From Octopus vulgaris (taxonomy: Eukaryota), in the NCBI GenBank assembly GCA_951406725.2, contig OX597816.1, positions 50,344,001-50,408,000 on the forward strand: DNA of 64,000 nucleotides, given 5' to 3'. The notes below the pieces were generated by a model, which saw only the letters and a list, made by a program, of their open reading frames with translations, had not been told where the DNA came from and did no database searches. Every line of letters begins with the position of its first letter. Position 1 is the stretch's first letter. This document shows, piece by piece, positions 55,109-64,000 of the stretch. Position numbers and translations under genes: made by a program.

Positions 55109-56784
55109 TGTGCGTGTGTGTATACACATACATATATAGTACGATTGATTTTACTAAAAAATTCAAAAGCTCTTCGTGACGGTGTCCCATCATGGCCGCA
55201 GTCTAATAATTAACATAAGTAAAAAAGATAAAAGGTATATATAAACACATACACTTATATGCACACACATATAATTATATATTTTTATGCATATAGATAT
55301 TTATACATATAAGGAAAAAAGCACCTATATACAACTATAAGCCCATAGATACACAAGGGCACTCAAATACACATAAACAAATATGTACATATTTTTTGTA
55401 TGAATGCGTGCGTGCTTGTGAGTGCATTTGTGTACATGCCTTTATAAGAGAATGGGAATGAAACCTAAACTTATGAGAATGAAAAACAATCTGCTTCGTA
55501 GAATAATTGGGAGTGTTTCCAAATACAACAAATGATTCACAAACATCAAATATTAACTGTAAAAATATAAGAAACAGATTGATTTTTCTATGAATGCCGG
55601 ATTTACTATTGACTGGTATGAATGTTTTCATATGACTATAATTTAGTCACACAACTCTGATATGAAGGAAATAAAGAATTATTTCGGCATGTAAAGTAGT
55701 AATAAATTTTAGTCGCACATCTCATATTGCCAAGTTCAATGATTCTTCAGCAATAATGAATGATTTTAAACTGTAGATATTCAATTGGTTGTTGACACGT
55801 CCTATGGACTTCAGATGAGATTTATTGCGTTATTTCACAACGCTGTCTCATCATTTTGTTTTCATATACCTCAGTGGTTATTATAAGTTGAACATAATAT
55901 TTGGCTCATGTATTATAATACATAAGTGACACAGCAGTATCCAAGGATACAGTTATACTGGTCTAGTGAGGAAAGGACAATTCTTTAGTCGCTTTGATAT
56001 CACTTACACAAAACAACAGCACTAGTAATGCTAGTAATATTGACAACATATGTTGAAGTTCAGTTTCGATAAAAAAAAACTATTTCCGTTTTACAGACTG
56101 AAAGCACTTTACTCTGACGAAATGTGAACTAGGTTACATAGATATATAATATGTTTCCTAAAATTTTTGATACTGTCGACGTGTATTATTCAGAGAGTAT
56201 AACGCTAATGTATTTAATTATGCATAATGTGAAATTTTAGGTTACTGCTCCATACAGTCCTATAAGTTAGTGTTCGATGAATTCTAAAAACAGGCAACGC
56301 ATATGCCCGAATTCTTCTAAAATGATATCTAACTGTATTTATTATGGACAGCTGCTTCCATCAATAATAGTTTCACGATTATTTCGTAGCTTCACGAGTT
56401 ACCTGTTACTTGAAATACACATAGAACAATTACAACTTACATCATTGCCAATGAAACGTCAATGAAACAATAAAATGCAAAATTATGTATCACAGCACTT
56501 GCCTCAACCTCGCTTCCATCTATATATATAAAACTGAGAATGTGTGTTGTCTGTCTGTCTGTTTGTGTGAATCCCTAAAACTTGAGCACTACACAACCAA
56601 TTTCATTCAAATTTTACGCATGCCTTACTTAGGGTCCATGGAGTGTCATGGGCAAAAAACAATTTTAGCTTCTTGCCAAAGGCGAGCCCATAGCAATATC
56701 ATATCTTCTCCACTATTTCAGTATTACGTGTTTAAATTAAAACAAAAACATCTCTCTATTGTATGTAAATGGATGTATATATAA

Positions 56785-56956
<172 letters not shown>

Positions 56957-57127
56957 ATGTATAGATGCATTTCTATAGATATACATGTATGTGAATACAT
57001 GTATGTCCAGATGTATATATACATAGATGTACATGTAATATGTACACATATATATATATATAAATATATATGCATGTATACATATATACACCTATACACA
57101 CATACACCCCACACATTCACATACATA

Positions 57128-57455
57128 GGTGCAGATGTGGCTGTGTGGTAACAAACTTGGTTCCCAAACACATGGTTCTCAGTGCAGTTCCACCGTGTGG
57201 TAACTTGGCATGTGTCTTCTGCTATAGCCTCAGACCAACGAAAGCCTTGTCAGTGGATTTTGTAGACAGAAACTGAAAGAAATCAATTGTATGTATATGT
57301 ATGTATATATGTAATTCTATGTTTGTGTCTTTGTGTTTCTCCCTCATCACTGCTTCACAACTGGTGTTCGTTTATTTACATCCCCATAACTTACTGGTTT
57401 CACAAGAAGAAACTGATAAAATAAGTACCAGGCTTATCAAAATATAAAAACGCAC
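57128..57455 (+). mobile_element. SINE family A, diverged
   Basis: gtggctgtgtggtaa head, ggattttgtagacagaaactgaaag and aataagtaccaggctt. Confidence 0.8.
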
Positions 57456-57554
57456 TACACAGTGTCTCATATTTTTGTTTGCCCACTCAGTTGTATCTAT
57501 AAATTTATTTTTGTGTGTGTGTGTGTATGTGTGTGTGTGCGTGTGTGTGTGTGA

Positions 57555-57630
<76 letters not shown>

Positions 57631-57696
57631 ATTTCGTGGACAGGAACTGAAACAAATCAATCGTATATATATGTATGTATATATGTAAGTGTACGT

Positions 57697-58898
57697 GTTT
57701 TGATATTGGCAACATGAATGACAATGGTCAGCGACTACTTGAACTTTGCACATACCATAACCTGTGCATCACCAACACATTATTTGCCAACAAAACATCC
57801 CACAAGGCATCTTGGAAACATCCAAGGTCTCGCCACTGGCATCAGCTAGATCTCATCATTACACGAATATCCTTTCTGAAATCTGTTCAACTGACCCGTA
57901 GTTACCGCAGCGCGGATTGTGACGCAGATCATTCACTAATAAGAAGCAGGGTTAGAATTCTGACTAAAAAAGTCCATCACTCCAAGAAAATGGGCCGACC
58001 ACGCATTAACACTGCCAGAACCTCGGACCCTACACTGCGAAAATGTTTTGCTGTTTCTATCAAAGTTGTCCTCAGTAGCTGCCCAACCACCTCTGCTGAA
58101 AGTAGGTGGAATTATATCAGGGAAGCTACAACGTATCCCTTGATGCTGAGCCCAATATACGCATTGGCAAGGCAGCTTCTGTGATGGCCCAACTCTACAA
58201 ATTGGCATGGGACAACAATAAGCTGACCATGACCACAAAAATGAAGATTTTCTAGGCATGTGTACTTAGTACTCTACTGTATGGAAGTGACACTTGGACG
58301 CCATACACACGCCAAGAGCGTTGCCTAAATATCTTTCCCCTCCGCTGCCTCCGGAAAATCCTTCGCATGAAATAGCAGAATCATGTCCCCAACAAAGATG
58401 TCCTCAAGCAAGCAGGAATACTAAGTATGTTTGCACTCCTCACACAAAGACGTATGAGATGACTTGGACATGTTAGCCGTATCGAAAATGGCAGAATCCC
58501 CAAGGACATACTCTGTGAGAAGACCGTTCTTACGATACAAGGATGTTTGCAAAAGGGACATGAATGCCTGCAACATCAATATTACCAACTGAGAAGCAGT
58601 TACCAGCAACCGTGGAGATTGGCGACGTACCATAAAAGAGGGAACACAACGGAGTGACATAGAGAGAGAGAGAGGAGAAATGGAAAGACAAGAAAAGGCG
58701 TCAACAAGAAACTATGACATTACAACCAGCCTGGCAAAGTGTTCGCTACATTTGCGGCACCTTCCAAAGAGAGTGTTTGTCTAGGATAGGACTACACAGC
58801 CACAGCAGGAAATGTATTAGGACATGAAATGTAAAAGCCGGAATAGATTATTTTATGTGCAACTCCATTGTCTCCCGAGACAAACAGGATGCAAACAA
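57697..58898 (+). mobile_element. RTE-clade LINE, 5'-truncated and internally deleted (endonuclease C-half joined to the post-RT C-terminus)
   Basis: GNMNDNGQRLLELC...LCITNT...SWKHPRSRHWHQLDLII...SADCDADH (APE endonuclease), then from about 58135 SLDAEPNIRIGKAAS...VLSTLLYGSDTW...SRIGLHSH. Flanked by a 68-bp direct repeat. Confidence 0.92.
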
Positions 58899-59203
58899 AA
58901 ATATATAGGGATTTCGTAGACAGAAACTGAAACAAACCAATCGTATATATATGAGTGTATATATATAAGTGTATGTTCGTGTCTTTGTCTCTGTGTTTCG
59001 CCTTCATCACTGCTTCACAACTGCTGTTCATTTATTTACATCCACATAACTTACTGGTTTCACAAGAACAAACTAATAGAATAAGTACCAGGCTTATCAA
59101 CATGAAAAAGCACTAGGCTGTGTCGCATACTTTTGTTTGCCCAATCAGTTGTGTCTATCAATTTATCTTTGTATGTGTGTGTATATATCTATCTAGCTAT
59201 CTC

Positions 59204-59267
<64 letters not shown>

Positions 59268-60476
59268 AAATCCTTTTAACAGGTTCTATAAGACTGGAAT
59301 TTTGGAATATGTGCATAAAAATCAGTAGTATGGGATACATATGGCACGATTACAATTTTGCTTGGGTGTGTAACGAGGGAAATGACCCTCTTCTGCAATT
59401 TTGATGAAATTTGAAACATAGGTATTCCAGTTCATTACAGAAAATATGACAGAAAAGTCTAATTCTTCAAGTGTATGTAACTCGGGCAACGCCGGGTAAC
59501 TCTGCTAGTATATTATTCTTTTATAGACAGAAAATTCAGTGCATAAACAGGGATTGTCCTACACTCGGTTAGTTTGTTTTAATCTTTTTTGTGAATAATA
59601 TTGAATCTACAGTTATTCTGGTATTCATTTATCTACAATTATTCTGGTATTCATTTTGGAATGCGAAACTCATCAGACAACGGAATAAGCGCACCTTTTG
59701 TTTCTACCTCTAAGGTCATAATAACGAGTATGTTTTTACTGATTTACACTAGTAAAGAAAAACATTTATATCAATATACACGTATAACGATATATGCACA
59801 AATACACACATAGCTGCTCACACAAACCACACACATGTATATTGAATGGCTTCTGCGTTATTTGCATATGCTGAAATTCTATCAGAAAGGATGGACAAGG
59901 ATATAGTTATGGATAAATATTTCTGATTTTTAATTTCCGTTTCTAACGTTGGCATGCACATGCAGGGTTTCGTTTAATCATTTAAATCGAGCCATGTACC
60001 TGACTGCAATCATTATTTTCTTTATCGCACAATGTTGGAAGTCAAATTTGCTCTCCATAGGATATGAACTCACAATAGAAGACGCCATAATATATTCTAA
60101 ATGCAATTTTATTGACGCACTAACGATACTGATACAAATACAATTGACTTCAATATTACATTCAATTGGAGGGTAAAATTGCTAAAGCCCCGGTAAAAAC
60201 GTTTTGTTGTATTTCTTCCTACCCATCACGTTCCGAATGCTAAGTACACCTATGACTACTTTACCTTTCATCCATGTGGAGTCGATAAATGAAGGACCTG
60301 TCAAGTACTGTAGGTCAATGCTATCGATGTGTTCCCTTCCCTTCAAATTACTGGCTTAATGCCAATTTTAGAACGAATTTTATATTCATTTCCATTCATA
60401 TAACTGTGATATTTTCTAGAGGGTAGTTATAAATAATTGCTTTTTATTGGAATTGCTAGGAATTATCTTGAAATCA

Positions 60477-60635
60477 GGAGTGGCTATGTGGTAAGTAGCT
60501 TGCTAACCAACCACATGGTTCCGGGTTCAGTCCCACTGCGTGGCATCTTGGGCAAGTGTCTTCTGCTATAGCCCCGGGCCGACCAATGCCTTGTGAGTGG
60601 ATTTGGTAGACGGAAACTGAAAGAAGACTGTCGTA

Positions 60636-60722
<87 letters not shown>

Positions 60723-60917
60723 TTGTGTTTGTCCCTCTAGCATTGCTTGACAACCGATGCTGGTGTGTTTTGCGGTTCGGCAAAAGAGATCAATAGAATA
60801 AGTACTGGGCTTACAAAGAATAAGTCCCGGGGTCGATTTGCTCGACTAAAGGCGGTACTCCAGCATGGCCTCAGTCAAATCAGTGAAACAAGTAAAAGAG
60901 TAAAAGAGTAAAGAGTA
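60477..60917 (+). mobile_element. tRNA-derived SINE family A, full length
   Basis: A-box TGGCTATGTGG, B-box GGTTCAGTCC, internal (TA)n(GT)n and a (GAGTAAAA)n tail. Confidence 0.92.
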
Positions 60918-63498
60918 TTAAGAGAAAGTTTAATACCGTTGATTGGTCATTGTAAATATATGAACGATTATGAAATGTGAATACCCAAAATACAGAAATT
61001 TCAAATGTCTAAGAAATATTCAACTATATGTGATATTTACATTTAAACATTCTTTTTAATTACCCGATGTCTTATAAAATGGTTACCTTAATATATTGTA
61101 CAGAATAAATTGTACAGCCAAATGCAGATTTCTATAAATAATTGCAAAATCGAAGCTGTATTTAATTTTATAGCAAACGTCTTCCATATTTTCATGTGGA
61201 TTTTATAACCAAACATATAAACATATTTAGATTTTATCATTCCACGTAGTAACATATGCAATATTTATTATTATACTTAACTCTGGATTTTATGCGTTTT
61301 CTTACAGTGGATAATGTTGATAAACTAGTTTTTTCTGTTTATATATATCATGGGCTTCTGAAATTATGGACTATTTTATCACAACTTGAAAACAGTTGCA
61401 ATAAACAAAAATTCCCTACAACATCCTTCTCAAGGAAGAATGCTTTTCTTTTTTTTCATGTAGTAACTATGGATGCTTCGTTTCCTATATCGTCTGTTAT
61501 GGTTGTTTAGCATCCTTAGGCTTTTTGGAAGCAATATCACTATACAATTAACAGTGCTTTATGATTGAGATTATATTTATTTGCTTCAGTAGAGTAGCAA
61601 ATTGTGTTCATGAATCAGCGTTTCATGCTTCTGCCTTGTCAGTTTTTTAATACTGAACAAAATAATGTGTATATATATTCTTCATTTATAAAATGTTAAA
61701 GGCCAACACCTAAAATATTCTTTTTTTTTATTACATAGCATTTTTTCGTATGAATATATATCGACAACGATTCATCTAAAGCGGGGAAAAACTTACACTG
61801 AATTTTTTCAAGGCTACTAAAAATCAAAGTAATTCCAAGGTTACGAGAGATTAAAACGGATTTAATTTTGTCGTTAGGGGGATTATTATCTGGAACTAAA
61901 TACAAAATGATCTGTAAGAAACAATTATGTCACACCATATTTGTCTCTTTAAATTTAGGAAGGAAAAAATATCTGAGAAACAAAATACTTTATGCATGTG
62001 TGTGAATGAAAGCATGTATGTTTATATAAATGTATGTATGAATAATGCTTGCTTTTTAATAGGATCAGCAGAAACGTATACAATCCTACGGGATACATTA
62101 TCATTTAATCATCGCATTAGCTTAGTAATCGGACGAGCGTGTATAGTGTACAGTAAAGAATTCGACAAATGTCAAGTTTCACATGCATTGGTTCCTCCCT
62201 GAGGAAATGCAAGAAGGCATAAACCAGGAAAGACACGCAAAACAACGGGGGAATGTTTTAGAAAACGTCTAAGGAAAAGGGAGATAAATGATATGTCCAT
62301 TTAATTTCTTAAATGCTTATATCTCAAAACATACAAATATATATTGGTTGTTGTCGAATTGGGGAGCAGTTAAACGCTGTTAAATTATATTTCTAATCCG
62401 GTGAGGCACGAAAATTGTTGAGATGCGTACATTTCATAAAAATTCCGATGTGTAATTTAGAAAATCGGCGCAATTATTCTGTATAACAAAAGATGAGTGT
62501 TTTATGGGTTGCACATTTTACCCGTTAATGTGTGGTCTAAATGTCCCACGTTTGTTCCTTTAGTTGGTGTGATGTATACCGCCATCCTCTTTCATGTTAT
62601 AGCTTGCTAAAATTGTGGCTTTTTCCGTTTAAGTATTTGACAGAAGGGTGGGAAGACATCGACATAAACTTTTTCTAATTTAGGAACAGGATCTGAAATT
62701 TTGATGGAAGAGTTTACCCGATTACATCGACCTCCAGCACTAGACTCGCACTTTATTTAATTGACTCTGAAAGGATGAATTACAAACTAGAGCAGGCTAA
62801 AATGTGATAACAGAATATAAGGTCGGAAAAATGCTATTAGGCACGCACACACGTACATATATACATACACATATTCATAGCAGCAACTAAAATCCTCGTT
62901 GAAGGCTTGTGGAATACTATATGATGATGTGGATAGGAATGCTTTCATTATTATGGGCGGAAGTGTTGTGTGGAAGTAAAAAAACCTATTGGTTGGCTCC
63001 TAATGGACTATGCCACACTATGAATAGACATACGCAGAGAGTGTGAGTCTTGAGCTGTGTAAAGCTGAGCGTTGCGTATTATCGAGGGTTATTACCATTA
63101 TCTTGAGTATAACGATTTGCGAGGACGTTATTATTATCGTATTATATCATACGTCGAACGTGCGATACAACAGGAAGAAAAATGGAAAGACAAAGGAGTG
63201 GTTATTTTCGAAAGAATTACACATTTTTCACATAAAATTTAAGGAAGCCCCGCGAAATACCATTCCCACTATACATTATAGTTGACGCATTTTGAACAAT
63301 ATCTGCAGAAATGTATATTTTGCAATTGCTGGGATCATTAGTCACCAGCGGAGCCACAACTGTAAAGTAAAAATTTGTCTGCGTGTACAGTATTTCTAAT
63401 GATCTTAGATGGTTTTCCCCAGTTTCGAGGAACCAGAGATCAATTATACATATGCATGCATTCATACATACACAATAAACACATACACAGACACAAAG

Positions 63499-63559
<61 letters not shown>

Positions 63560-64000
63560 CACGTATATAGGTGTTTGTATATTAACATGCACTTATAGAA
63601 GCATTTGCTTTTTGTTTGGATATAGAAGAAATATGTAGTTACTTCCATGCATATATTTGCATTGATATATTTCTAAGTAACCATGTTAGAAATATAGTAG
63701 AGAATAGTCTAATGAATAATTTATGGGAAACCGGTCTATAGCTATCTTAACTTTAAAAATCTGTTGAATATTTCTTTAGACTCACCTCCTATAACCGATA
63801 TTAAATTTATCTTGTCTATGATATACGTTCTTTGAAAAATCTCAGTAGCATTTCCTACAAACATTTTTTATGGACTCCGAAATTGCAGAGCACCATCTTA
63901 CATACAATATTGATAGGTCATTAGAAAAAACTGCGACGAAGAGAAAGAGAAGAATGAAAATAACACAACTGTCATATGATAACTTGACAAAACTAATTTA

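Noticed and set aside
60477-60545. tRNA-like sequences at SINE heads (also 11329, 32690, 48075)
   Set aside because: A/B boxes are present but there is no complete cloverleaf, and they continue into SINE bodies, so they are not tRNA genes.

Overview
AT-rich, microsatellite-saturated eukaryotic intergenic/intronic DNA. The SINE families and repeat style point to an octopus (coleoid cephalopod) genome; this is inferred from remembered repeat families, not a search. No intact host gene is visible, and almost all supplied ORFs are translations of (TA)n/(CA)n/(AAT)n tracts. The window holds tRNA-derived SINEs of several families, RTE LINE fragments, decayed DNA transposases (Tc1/maT, mariner, Chapaev-like), Helitron ends, MITEs and a Penelope-like reverse transcriptase fragment. 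The most notable signal is a set of at least four (possibly six) unrelated short elements, mostly lying in or beside (TA)n tracts. Each carries a minimal type I hammerhead ribozyme motif with a palindromic stem III, and the catalytic core varies by family: canonical CUGAUGA, U4C, a compensatory G3-C8 swap, and A6U. Two of these elements are fold-backs with ribozymes on both strands. Also present are several long hairpins, probable Ig-superfamily pseudo-exons at 0.7-3.7 kb, and a mosaic region at about 37.9-41.0 kb that looks like an assembly consensus artefact. All alignments, folds and counts were done by eye.
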